DNA of 63,532 bases, the filler included, from Octopus bimaculoides (lineage: Eukaryota), in assembly GCF_001194135.2 (NCBI RefSeq). It is 6 parts of 6 records of this genome, joined end to end, with 100 filler letters (N's around TTAATTAATTAA, not from the genome) between each part and the next. Parts side by side here need not be neighbours in the genome. Positions count along the whole stretch, not along the records: positions 37,153 to 47,654 come from NC_069009.1; positions 47,755 to 55,722 come from NC_068984.1; 4 more parts are not named here. One strand, written 5' to 3'. Positions 38,179 to 49,160 of this stretch are shown piece by piece. The translations under genes and the position numbers were made by a program. The notes under the pieces are model-generated. The model did no database searches. It was not told the origin of the DNA and saw only the letters and a list, made by a program, of their open reading frames with translations. Numbering within the stretch: the first letter of the stretch is position 1; each line of letters begins with the position of its first letter.

Positions 38179-41100
38179 TTATTTATCATAATGAAAGAAA
38201 GCAAAAGATTGACGTCCAACAATAATTCCAAAAACCATGATAGAATTTTCTGAAACATCAAAACCAAGAACTTGGACGACTTCATTGTCATCACCACTGA
38301 GGACTAAATATTTTGGATTATATTCAAGTGTTGACATTTCAATATCTTCAGATGTTTCCTCTTTAATATGTCGAGGTACTCGGAAAATATTGTTTTGTGA
38401 ACCTGTTATATAAACACATTTACCCTTTGTAATTAGACGAGGTCTTTGAAAATTAAAGACCAGATCAGTACATTTTTCTTCTCTTCTTATCCTCCTCACC
38501 AATGACTTTTCCCTGAACCATTCCACAAGACAGGAATCAATCCCCCATTCAGACTCCTCCTCCTTCATCTTCTCCTCCTCCTCCTTCATCTTCTCCTCCT
38601 CCTTCATCTTCTCCTCCTCCTCCATCTTCTCCTTCCTCACAACAACAACATCACCATAAGATGTGACTCCTACATCATACACACCTGCATCTCCCTCCAA
38701 CCTTCCCTTTCTCCTCGTCTTCCCATGACACACTTCATCTTTACACTTCCCATCTTCGATATCAACCACAACCACATAATAAGAGTCAAAGATGTCGGGG
38801 TCTTTGCAAATGTAGTAATACTTGTTGTTCTTCCATATTCTTTTGTATTTCTTGTCTCTCTCTTTTTGAGTTATGTCTCTAATATAATGACCACCACACA
38901 CGAGTTGACTGTTGTTGTATTTATAAATTGTGTTGTAGTATTTCTCAGTTCTGATGGTTTTTAAACAACAGAGATCCCTGTTGAAGACCATCATTTCTCT
39001 ACCAAAGGTGACAATGAAACATTCATCTTTCCACTGACATATGTCCAGTGGTGGTTGTTGTTGTTGTTCATGTTGAAGTATGTCCCCTGTTGTTGTTCTG
39101 ATTAATGTGACACTTTCTCGAAACATCAACACACTCACATTCTCATCTAACTTAATTAGTTTATTCTTCCAGTTCCTAATGTCACAAAAATCATAATTAA
39201 AAGGTTCCTCGAATTCAGGAATAGAAAGAGGGACCATTGCTGTTCTATATGGAAGTCTCCTCACTGATATTTCATCAATTCTTGAATTACTAATTTCCGC
39301 TATGTAATTACCACATCTCACCTTTAATCTACCTTTACCAATTATTTCACCTGATTTACCTCTTCTTCCTCCATCTCCATCTCCTTCACTGTATTTCAGT
39401 TTATTAATTAATTCATTACTGGATATTTCCTTGTTTGTTTCAGATGTAATGGAAGGGAAACAACGACCAGAATCAAGATTTAATAACGACATAGTTTCCA
39501 GAATGTTCACTTGGTCCCCATCAATCTTTATGCAATGACATTCAATCAATTCAATATGTACACACCAGTAAATATGTCCCACTTTTCTCCATATTACACC
39601 ATAAGGGACGAGACTTGGCCAAACTTTAGATTTCTGCAAATTTTTTCCATTCAGTTGAAATATTTGTTTTCTTTTAGGAACTGTAGCCATTATGTCTCTT
39701 TCTGGTGTAAAACACACACCACCAACTAAACTTCCAAAATTTCTGAGACATAGCAACTCACCGTCTTCATCAAATATTTTAACATTTCCATTATTGGCTT
39801 TTTCACACACAACTGTCTTTCCTTTATCAGAGATATCAATATCTTTTACTTGAACAGAACATTCGTCTGTTTGTAAACGAGGAACCAGGAAGCTTTCTCG
39901 ATTCAACATAAACAAGCCTTCAACATACAATTCATTAATTCTCCAGGACGTCTTGGGCTTTGCAACAAACCTTGGTCCTTTACAGTTTATACTGAAGAAA
40001 TCTACTGCACCTTTATAAATTCTTTTATTTAAAAATATTCTCTTGTATTCCCCAGTCTGGGTCAAACATAAAATGTCTGAACGTTCAAGAAAACCTAAAT
40101 AAGTCTCCCACTGATAACCAAGGTACAAAAAACTGTCATCAATTGCCATCCTGTCTTCATTCGTATAACTTTTCATGTAGTGTCTAAATGAATGTGAATA
40201 TTGACCATCACGGTTGAAGAAAATGATGAATCTTCTGTTTAAGACAATGATGACATCGTCAGCAGTAACATTAATATCCTGGATGTCATCAGAATAATTT
40301 CCACATTCATCTCTCTGTAATAATGGTTCAGGTATGTCTATTTGTTTTATTTCATTCACACTCGAATGCATTTCATCGATATCAACAAAATACAAATGAC
40401 ATCCACTAAGCCATTTACTACAAACCAATTGATTGTTTGATAAAGAAGCCACACAATAATATTTATTTCTTGTCTGGTAAATTACGAATGACAATGGAAA
40501 TTCCACTTTTAATGTCAAAAGTTGGCATTTATTTTCATCTTTCGTAATGACCAGTGTGTTTGACTGCCATCGACACATTTTAACATAGCCATAAATATTC
40601 ACTTGGATAGAATCCAAAAGTTGACCATCCAATGTGAATATCACAATGCTTTCATTATCCTCGTTCCATCCTGCAATTAGATTATTTTCAGTAATTACCA
40701 TATGACTAATAAACATTCCTTCTTTATCTCCCAAATGTTGAGTGAGAGGAATATGTCTGGCTTTATCAGAAACTGTCAGATCCTGCAGATATAATGTAGG
40801 AGACAACATTTCACTGACACAAATGTTTCTGGAATATACATCAACCAGGTCAATATAATTATTAAGTTGATTATTTGTAACGAGATCATTAACCAACAAA
40901 TTATGATCGTTTATAGCAAACATACGGCTGTTGTCTATTAGAGAAACAGACGTTTGGTCAATAGATCCACCGTAAAGATTGGGGGGACGTTTCACTTGGG
41001 ACATTAAAATACTGGGGACCATCTTAATTCTACTAACATTATGACAACTACTTTTACCATCACGAAGATGATGCAGATGACTCCCACCAATAATGAACAC

Positions 41101-43791
41101 AGCTTCTAGCATGGACAGCTCAATTCTACCATCACTCCTACTACTACTACTACTACCATCACTCCTACTACTACTACTACTACTACCATCACTCCTACTA
41201 CTACTACCATCACTCCAACTAATACTACCATCACTCCTACTAGTACTACCACCACTACTACTAATACTACCATCACTGCCACTACTCTGACGACGTGCAC
41301 CACCATGACCACCACCATCTATTCTAGTGTTGTACTGAAATGCTTTTCCCCTAGTAACAATTAATAGCTTTTGTGTTTTCTCGTCTATTGATAATGATTT
41401 CACAGGTAAAGGGATATTAATTGTCTTAATTGTTTCAACTTGATTATAATAATTGATGGCTAAAATATCTAAATGTGATGGTTTATCACAGTAACAAACA
41501 ATTTTACATTCACCCATCTTACACATCCGTACATAAGGCTGACTTAATGATACACTTCTCACTGTCTTTGATAGGTTTCTGATGACCCTTAATTGTTTCT
41601 GTAGGGGTAATGTGACACCTATTTGATTAGAATCCCATCGACATATATCTGTAGCTGAAGATGGCAGAGATAATCTAGACACAATGTCTCCTTCATTTGA
41701 AATGTATAACAAGCAATCATGGTTGATGTCGGACACCACCAACTGTCCATTTGCCAGAAGACATATTTCACCAATGACAGCCTTTTCATTCTCCTTTTCT
41801 TTGAGTCGTACATTTAGATTTCTGATATAAGAATTTTTTGTGTGTAAACAACAGCAAGACGACTGGTCCTGATACTTGTAAAGAAGAACTCTGTTGAGTT
41901 GAGTGTCCGGTAGATAAACAGTTCCTTGGAAAACAGCAATGTGAGGGTGAACAAGGAAAGGCAGTTTCCCCTGCCATTTCATTTCTCCATATATATCATA
42001 ACATATCAGAATAGAGTGTCTCTTGAAGAGGACATAAAAATAAACATTATCAGAGTAGATGTGATGAGGGTAGCCATAGAATGGAAGGTATTTTTGAAAA
42101 AGTTCTTCACCGCATGTGGAATAAAATACCATTTTATTTTCGCTTCCATCTAGAACTACAAAATTAATTGGAGTTGCAGCAATGGTGACATTATAATGTT
42201 CCAGAGATATTCTTTCTATAATGTCAACTTTGTCCTCCTTGATCAATAGAATATGGATCTCATTTTTGTTTTCAGTGGTGGTCACAGCTAAACACTTATT
42301 TGATACAATATGACATATTTTCATGTAATCAGTTTGGACCTTTATTAAAGGGCCTTTTCTTAGTTCAGGACAGGTGATATACTGAAATCCTTTCATTTCA
42401 CGATAAAATACCAGGAATCTGTTTGTGTTTATTCTAGAATAGAAAGAAGGAAGCTCAAGGAGAACTAAATTATTTTGGTTAATTATTTCCTCATTATCAG
42501 TGAATAATTGGGCTTTTTTGTTTCTGTAAATTATTAATATAGAAGATGTAGACATAGGTAGAATATTTTTAATGTTGTAGAAATCCTCAATATCAATATA
42601 GTCTTTCAAACTGGGGGTATGTAGCTGGTGGTTGTATGACATTTTGGGCCAAAAGTCTTTATTTATTTGAATGGCATGTGGTTTGCCAAAATAATCTGTT
42701 ACCAAAATGGTATCTTTACCAACAGAAATAGAGCGACATTTTTTGCCAATGTCTCTCTTTGTCATAGCACCTTTAGCCGAAATCTTATAAATAATTTGTC
42801 CCTGGAGGACATAGAAATAGCTTTGGTACAGAGAGATTTTACTTGGGAGGTGCAGAGAATGGGTCTCTATCTCCCATAACTGTTGGCCATCCATATTGTA
42901 ACAGATTACTCTGTTGATACTGGAAAATGTAATTAAAAGTATATTCTGGACACCTACAGCAATATCTGTAGGCATTTCTTGGGTGATGAATTCATACTGA
43001 ATTTTATTACCCTCCCAATCAATTCGGTACACAGTCTTACCAAACATTTCTACACCTATAAGTGTAGAATGTCCCAAGTAAGCAACCAAATATAATCCCA
43101 ACTGTATTCTTTTAATCTTGAAACTTGTGGGGCTGATTAAAAGAATTGTTCTTTGGAAGGGGAGGGTTGTTAGAACCATGTCTTTACCAATTCTGGTGAA
43201 ACTGGTGACAGAAGATGGACAATGAATATCATTTCTGTCACCGTCTCTTGTCACACAACATATTGTCATACAATGGCGGGAAAAGGTTACCACTCCTACA
43301 TGTGTGACAATAATATCGGATATTATTGTGCTTTGGTCAAATTCTTCTCCAGATTCCTCGATCTTTACTTCTTTGATCACAACTGGCCAAAGAGGCCGAA
43401 ATTTTGTCGTTACTTTTGGTGGCTCAATTGTCTTGTGTTTATCTAGTAAAATATTTCTCTGTAAATAGTATTCCAGGAACAATTCTAGTTTTCCAAAAAT
43501 AATAAATTCTTGATCGTTATTTTTGTTAATGTCTTCCATCAAAATTTCTATTTTCTGTGTAAAACCTTTTAGAAAAGTATTTTCATCCATTCCTATACTT
43601 TTTAAAAAAGTACATATTTTTTCCCGAGAATTTATCAACAAATTAATTTTGTCTTCATATGCATTGAATCTGGTATAAAATATTTTTTTGTCAAAAACAT
43701 TTCGTCTTCCCATTATTTCCCTTGTTTCATGGTCTCCTTTATGACTTTTTTGTTTTGTTGTTGACTGAGATGAAACTCGTTTCCTTGACAT
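38179..43791 (-). CDS. Giant single-exon ORF (at least 1870 aa): N-terminal helical/coiled-coil-like segment plus about six tandem diverged NHL/TRIM-like beta-propeller modules; probably 5'-incomplete
   Basis: Uninterrupted 5.6-kb ORF with complex sequence in AT-rich DNA. Recurring blade motifs: IxDIxV..G, (T/L)DICxW..(I/V)xVT(L)P, Y..I.....(L/I)VC, and (Y/F)xxDG(Q/E)LL. The frame stays open for 26 more codons upstream (DSTKRNEDGVAHQKYRYGKDDGSRRE) to the gap edge at 43871. Confidence 0.88.
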   Translation of the reverse strand: MSRKRVSSQSTTKQKSHKGDHETREIMGRRNVFDKKIFYTRFNAYEDKINLLINSREKICTFLKSIGMDENTFLKGFTQKIEILMEDINKNNDQEFIIFGKLELFLEYYLQRNILLDKHKTIEPPKVTTKFRPLWPVVIKEVKIEESGEEFDQSTIISDIIVTHVGVVTFSRHCMTICCVTRDGDRNDIHCPSSVTSFTRIGKDMVLTTLPFQRTILLISPTSFKIKRIQLGLYLVAYLGHSTLIGVEMFGKTVYRIDWEGNKIQYEFITQEMPTDIAVGVQNILLITFSSINRVICYNMDGQQLWEIETHSLHLPSKISLYQSYFYVLQGQIIYKISAKGAMTKRDIGKKCRSISVGKDTILVTDYFGKPHAIQINKDFWPKMSYNHQLHTPSLKDYIDIEDFYNIKNILPMSTSSILIIYRNKKAQLFTDNEEIINQNNLVLLELPSFYSRINTNRFLVFYREMKGFQYITCPELRKGPLIKVQTDYMKICHIVSNKCLAVTTTENKNEIHILLIKEDKVDIIERISLEHYNVTIAATPINFVVLDGSENKMVFYSTCGEELFQKYLPFYGYPHHIYSDNVYFYVLFKRHSILICYDIYGEMKWQGKLPFLVHPHIAVFQGTVYLPDTQLNRVLLYKYQDQSSCCCLHTKNSYIRNLNVRLKEKENEKAVIGEICLLANGQLVVSDINHDCLLYISNEGDIVSRLSLPSSATDICRWDSNQIGVTLPLQKQLRVIRNLSKTVRSVSLSQPYVRMCKMGECKIVCYCDKPSHLDILAINYYNQVETIKTINIPLPVKSLSIDEKTQKLLIVTRGKAFQYNTRIDGGGHGGARRQSSGSDGSISSSGGSTSRSDGSISWSDGSSSRSDGSSSSSSRSDGSSSSSRSDGRIELSMLEAVFIIGGSHLHHLRDGKSSCHNVSRIKMVPSILMSQVKRPPNLYGGSIDQTSVSLIDNSRMFAINDHNLLVNDLVTNNQLNNYIDLVDVYSRNICVSEMLSPTLYLQDLTVSDKARHIPLTQHLGDKEGMFISHMVITENNLIAGWNEDNESIVIFTLDGQLLDSIQVNIYGYVKMCRWQSNTLVITKDENKCQLLTLKVEFPLSFVIYQTRNKYYCVASLSNNQLVCSKWLSGCHLYFVDIDEMHSSVNEIKQIDIPEPLLQRDECGNYSDDIQDINVTADDVIIVLNRRFIIFFNRDGQYSHSFRHYMKSYTNEDRMAIDDSFLYLGYQWETYLGFLERSDILCLTQTGEYKRIFLNKRIYKGAVDFFSINCKGPRFVAKPKTSWRINELYVEGLFMLNRESFLVPRLQTDECSVQVKDIDISDKGKTVVCEKANNGNVKIFDEDGELLCLRNFGSLVGGVCFTPERDIMATVPKRKQIFQLNGKNLQKSKVWPSLVPYGVIWRKVGHIYWCVHIELIECHCIKIDGDQVNILETMSLLNLDSGRCFPSITSETNKEISSNELINKLKYSEGDGDGGRRGKSGEIIGKGRLKVRCGNYIAEISNSRIDEISVRRLPYRTAMVPLSIPEFEEPFNYDFCDIRNWKNKLIKLDENVSVLMFRESVTLIRTTTGDILQHEQQQQPPLDICQWKDECFIVTFGREMMVFNRDLCCLKTIRTEKYYNTIYKYNNSQLVCGGHYIRDITQKERDKKYKRIWKNNKYYYICKDPDIFDSYYVVVVDIEDGKCKDEVCHGKTRRKGRLEGDAGVYDVGVTSYGDVVVVRKEKMEEEEKMKEEEKMKEEEEKMKEEESEWGIDSCLVEWFREKSLVRRIRREEKCTDLVFNFQRPRLITKGKCVYITGSQNNIFRVPRHIKEETSEDIEMSTLEYNPKYLVLSGDDNEVVQVLGFDVSENSIMVFGIIVGRQSFAFFHYDK
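38555..38632 (-). repeat. In-frame GA-rich minisatellite encoding (EEEKMK)n inside the last propeller module
   Basis: Plus-strand repeats of ctcctccttcatctt; translation KEKMEEEEKMKEEEKMK... Confidence 0.9.
41128..41290 (-). repeat. In-frame (AGT)n-based minisatellite encoding SDGSSSSSR-like repeats inside the giant ORF
   Basis: Plus-strand units ccatcactcc(ta cta)n; translation SSGSDGSISSSGGSTSRSDGSISWSDGSSSRSDGSSSSSSRSDGSSSSSRSDG. Confidence 0.9.
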
Positions 43792-44187
43792 TTCTCTCCT
43801 TGAACCATCATCTTTCCCATATCTATACTTTTGATGGGCAACTCCATCTTCATTCCTTTTTGTTGAGTCCCNNNNNNNNNNNNNNNNNNNNNNNNNNNNN
43901 NNNNNNNNNNNNNNNNNNNNNNNNNNNNNNNNNNNNNNNNNNNNNNNNNNNNNNNNNNNNNNNNNNNNNNNNNNNNNNNNNNNNNNNNNNNNNNNNNNNN
44001 NNNNNNNNNNNNNNNNNNNNNNNNNNNNNNNNNNNNNNNNNNNNNNNNNNNNNNNNNNNNNNNNNNNNNNNNNNNNNNNNNNNNNNNNNNNNNNNNNNNN
44101 NNNNNNNNNNNNNNNNNNNNNNNNNNNNNNNNNNNNNNNNNNNNNNNNNNNNNNNNNNNNNNNNNNNNNNNNNNNNNNNNNNNNNNN

Positions 44188-44328
44188 GTAACTTAGCGGT
44201 TTGGCAAAAGAGACCGATAGAATAAGTACTAGGCTTCCAAAGAATAAGTCCTGGAGTCGATTTGTTCGACTAAAGGCGGTGCTCCAGCATGGCCACAGTC
44301 AAATGACTGAAACAAGTAAAAGAGTAAC
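44188..44328 (+). mobile_element. SINE family B 3' part at the gap edge
   Basis: gtaacttagcggtttggcaaaagagaccgatagaataagtactagg..ccagcatggccacagtcaaatgactgaaacaagtaaaagag. Confidence 0.8.
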
Positions 44329-45567
44329 ATTTTGTTGGAATAAAAATGATTAGAAATAAGCATCTGGTTACAATCTATTTTAAGATGTATTAATAAGTTT
44401 CATTAATTACATGGAGTCTAAAAATTAGCAATAATTATATTCACTGGAAATGATATTTGCTCTCAACATCACAAAGTAATAATCATGTGTGGCTCAGATT
44501 TATTTAACATCTGTAAACCAATCCCCCCCCCACCTTGGAAGACATGGGAAACAAGAACTTTTGTTCTTGCAAAATGATTTTAGGTGAGCAATAAGAAGGC
44601 CGTCTGTCTGTAAAACAATGCTACAATATTTATTTTAGGAAAATAAAAATAAGAAATAAGTGGAAATTTTAACGGTGAGTGTGTTAAATTTTAAGGCACA
44701 ATAAGAAAATGACTCTCCCCAGATACAACAGAAAATGCTATAATAATATATTCATCTAACCCATGCTAGCATACAAAATCAGATGTACAATCAAACATAA
44801 GTAAACCTGTGTTTATACATTCATATGCTCTCATGCACACATAAGCACACACATGAGTGTGTGTGTGCATCTGGTGTTAGGAAGATCATCCAGCTGTAGA
44901 AATCGTGCCAAATCTTTCATCGGAGCTCAGCAAAGTCCTCTGGCTCACAAATTTAACAAATTTTAAATTTCACTTGCGACTTAGAAATCCACTGTAAACT
45001 ACTTAAAACGTGTATCCTTAGATGAACATTTCCATCAAATAGTTTTGACATAGTTATAACACAACTATACTTTATATTATATTCTGGAAATGAAATGTTT
45101 TACTTGTAATGTAACACTGTAAAATGTTTAAACAATGTCTAGTCTATAAAATGGTGTGTGAAAATAAAACAATGTCTATATAACAGGATATTTATGTTTG
45201 AAATAATTGTAATGAATGTTTAGCGATATAAATGTGTTGGTAAATTATGTGTCAAATAAATAAGTATCAGAAGAATATTATTTACCAGTTACTGGGTTTT
45301 GATTTCGGCTTGAAGTCTTTCTTTCTGAGAAATACTCTGTGTGTCTGCTTCGTTCGAATAGCAATGAAAATATGGCAACAGTTAAGAGGATACTTACAAT
45401 ATATCAGGGAGTAGTAGGCATTGCCTCCTCATGTGTGTATATATACATTTGTGTGTGTATACACCTATATATATCTATGTATATATATATATAGACGGAT
45501 ATACACATATTTATACATAAATGTCTGTGTGTATATACATATATATATATGTGTGTGTGTGTATAGG

Positions 45568-45868
45568 TACAGGAGTGGCTGTGTAGTAAGTAGCTTGCTT
45601 ACCAACCACATGGTTCTGGGTTCAGTCCCACTGCATGGCACCTTGGGAAAGTGTTTTCTACTATAGCCTTGGGCCAACCAAAGCCTTGTGAGTAGATTTG
45701 GTAGACAGAAACTCATAGAAGCCTGTTGTATATATAAATATATATATATAGATATATATGTATGTGTGTGTATACCCCCCACAACATTACTTGACAACTG
45801 ATTCTGGTGCATTTAGGTCCCTCTAACTTAGCAGTTCAGCAAAAGAGTCTGATACAATAACCACTTGA
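45568..45868 (+). mobile_element. SINE family B
   Basis: caggagtggctgtgtagtaagtagcttgcttaccaaccacatggttctgggttcagtcccactgcatggcaccttggg. Confidence 0.8.
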
Positions 45869-45924
45869 AATTTGTTAGAAATAATAAACAAATTTTCCTA
45901 AAATAACATAGAACCTTCTCATAA

Positions 45925-45979
<55 letters not shown>

Positions 45980-46810
45980 NNNNNNNNNNNNNNNNNNNNN
46001 NNNNNNNNNNNNNNNNNNNNNNNNNNNNNNNNNNNNNNNNNNNNNNNNNNNNNNNNNNNNNNNNNNNNNNNNNNNNNNNNNNNNNNNNNNNNNNNNNNNN
46101 NNNNNNNNNNNNNNNNNNNNNNNNNNNNNNNNNNNNNNNNNNNNNNNNNNNNNNNNNNNNNNNNNNNNNNNNNNNNNNNNNNNNNNNNNNNNNNNNNNNN
46201 NNNNNNNNNNNNNNNNNNNNNNNNNNNNNNNNNNNNNNNNNNNNNNNNNNNNNNNNNNNNNNNNNNNNNNNNNNNNNNNNNNNNNNNNNNNNNNNNNNNN
46301 NNNNNNNNNNNNNNNNNNNNNNNNNNNNNNNNNNNNNNNNNNNNNNNNNNNNNNNNNNNNNNNNNNNNNNNNNNNNNNNNNNNNNNNNNNNNNNNNNNNN
46401 NNNNNNNNNNNNNNNNNNNNNNNNNNNNNNNNNNNNNNNNNNNNNNNNNNNNNNNNNNNNNNNNNNNNNNNNNNNNNNNNNNNNNNNNNNNNNNNNNNNN
46501 NNNNNNNNNNNNNNNNNNNNNNNNNNNNNNNNNNNNNNNNNNNNNNNNNNNNNNNNNNNNNNNNNNNNNNNNNNNNNNNNNNNNNNNNNNNNNNNNNNNN
46601 NNNNNNNNNNNNNNNNNNNNNNNNNNNNNNNNNNNNNNNNNNNNNNNNNNNNNNNNNNNNNNNNNNNNNNNNNNNNNNNNNNNNNNNNNNNNNNNNNNNN
46701 NNNNNNNNNNNNNNNNNNNNNNNNNNNNNNNNNNNNNNNNNNNNNNNNNNNNNNNNNNNNNNNNNNNNNNNNNNNNNNNNNNNNNNNNNNNNNNNNNNNN
46801 NNNNNNNNNN

Positions 46811-47122
46811 TAACGTGCAAGTGGCTGAGCACTCCACAGACACGTGTACCCTTAACGTAGTTCTCGGGGATATTCAGTGTGACACAGAGTATGACAATGC
46901 TGACCCTTTTGAATTACAGGCACAACAGAAACAGGAAGAAAGAGCGAGAGAAAGTTGGGGCGAAAGAGTACAGCAGGGTTCACCACCATCCCCTGCCGGA
47001 GCCTCGTGGAGCTTTAGGTGTTTTCGCTCAATAAACACTCACAACGCCCGGTCTGGGAATTGAAACTGCGATCCTATGACCGCGAGTTCGCTGCCCTAAC
47101 CACTGGGCCATTGTGCCTCCAC
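46811..47122 (-). mobile_element. tRNA-derived SINE family D (5' part)
   Basis: The head ggaggcacaatggcccagtggttagggcagcg..gcagtttcaattcccagaccggg has A- and B-box-like motifs; the body is shared with 48856-49160. Confidence 0.78.
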
Positions 47123-47321
47123 ACACATACATTAATACATATGTGCACATACATGCACAAACACATACATACATACAAACACACACATAACAATCAGTCT
47201 AGTTTGTTGTGTATTGTTGGTCTTCAAATTTGACAATCCTCAATGTTTATTGTATACGAATGCTTTGTGTATTGTTTTTGTTTTCCTGTACACTGTACAC
47301 TGTACACTGCTTTATTCTTTC

Positions 47322-47375
<54 letters not shown>

Positions 47376-47984
47376 ACCACTCTCTCTCTCTCTTTCTCTC
47401 TTCAAATAATCACTCTGAAATCATTTCATCGTTGTTCTTTTGATTTCGTTTCCACTCCCTCCCTCTCAACAACTAACAATCCACTTTTGTGTTACAATGG
47501 CCAAGGTACCTATAGACGAAAATAAATATAATTGAAACCTCTTTGCAAACTGATAACACATTCATTTACAGATTCCGGGTCATCTGAAGTGTTTTGCTTT
47601 TAAAACCCTTAGAAACTTTCGTTTTTCTAATAATTTTGCATTGTTCAGTATAAANNNNNNNNNNNNNNNNNNNNNNNNNNNNNNNNNNNNNNNNNNNNTT
47701 AATTAATTAANNNNNNNNNNNNNNNNNNNNNNNNNNNNNNNNNNNNNNNNNNNNTTTTTTTTTTGTTTCTCAATCCCTTTTGATCGAACTCCCCCCTTTT
47801 TTCCCTTCCTACGATCCCTTTTGATCGACACATCCCTACTTTTTTTTTCCTTCCTCCTCCCAAAAAGAAAAGCACTACATTGTTGAGCCCTTTGTGGCTA
47901 ATAAAAGAAATCTATCTATCTAGTTATCTATCTATCTATCTATTTATCTATCTATCTATCTTTGTCATCCATAGGCTATAATAA

Positions 47985-48305
47985 TAATGAACTTATTGAT
48001 GGTGCACTACAAGTCATCAGAAAAAGTAACCAAAACTGCATGAGCAGTACATAGAATATGCACAATAAGTGAACAGTGAATAACTCTTCAAAAAGAAAGA
48101 AAAAAAGAAGAAATGTGGGATGATGGGGCCTTAGGTATACTGTTGGTGAATTTCAGGAAGCATAAAAGGTTTGATAGATGCAGAGTCTAGACTGCTTACA
48201 ACTGATGTAGGTGGTTTATTCCATGCTTCAGCTAATCTGAATGTGAAAAAATGGTTTCCAAAAGTCATGGATGCTGTATTGTTTTTTGATTTTGTAAGCA
48301 TGTCC
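47985..48305 (-). mobile_element. CR1/L2-like LINE 3' end
   Basis: HFFTFRLAEAWNKPPTSVVSSLDSASIK..*, followed by a UTR and an (ATT)n tail. Confidence 0.7.
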
Positions 48306-48334
48306 ATTAACAAAATGGAGTCTGGTTCTGCATC

Positions 48335-48660
48335 ATCATCATTTAACGCCTGTTGTCTATGCTGGCATGAGGTGAAAGGTTTGACCAGAGCTGGCAAGCT
48401 GAGGAGCTGCACCAGACTTCAATCTGATTTAGCATGGTTTCTACAGCTGAAGCCCTTCCTAACGCCAGCCACTTTTCAGAATGTGTTGGGTGCTCTTATG
48501 TGGCACTGCACGGGCACTTTTACATGGTGCTACACGGACACTTTTACATGGTACTGCATGGGTACTGTTACATGATTCCACATGGGTGCTTTTATGTGGC
48601 ACTGCCATGAGTGCTTTACACCACCAGCACAGTGCAGGTTTTCTTGAGGTATTACTGGTA
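48335..48660 (-). mobile_element. Retroposon family C
   Basis: catcatcatcatttaacgcc..ttctacagctgaagcccttcctaacgcc plus ~25-bp degenerate subrepeats. Confidence 0.75.
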
Positions 48661-48855
48661 TGCTGAAGTAGAGATTAGCTAAAGCAGGTGCCCGGTATCT
48701 CAGTCCTCTGTCATCTCACCTGAAAAGTTCAGTTTCCTAAGGTTCTTCTCCTCAGAAACTCCAAGAAGGCCAATAAACTTTGTATTCTACTCCTAGTACA
48801 TTAATAGTTGATAATACTGTCACTAAAAATTACACTTGATACTCAATAACACTGT

Positions 48856-49160
48856 TTGTTGTTGTTGGCACTCCGTCGCTTACGACGTCGAGGGTTCCAG
48901 TTGATCCGATCAATGGAACAGCCTGCTCATGAAATTAACGTGCAAGTGGCTGAGCACTCCACAGACACGTGTACCCTTAACATAGTTCTCGGGAATATTC
49001 AGCGTGATACAGTGTGACAAGGCTGACCCTTTGAATTACAGGCACAACAGAAACAGGAAGTCAGAGTGAGAGAAAGTTGTGGTGAAAGAGTACAGCAGGG
49101 TTCGCCACCATTCCCTGCCGGAGCCTCATGGAGCTTTAGGTGTTTTCGCTCAATAAACAT
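48856..49160 (-). mobile_element. SINE family D lacking its head, with a (CAA)n tail
   Basis: Near identity to 46811-47040 (taacgtgcaagtggctgagcactccacagacacgtgtaccc...). Confidence 0.8.

Noticed and set aside
41093-41318. Overlapping Leu-rich (+) and Val-rich (-) short ORFs
   Set aside because: Alternative frames of the (AGT)n coding repeat in the giant ORF.
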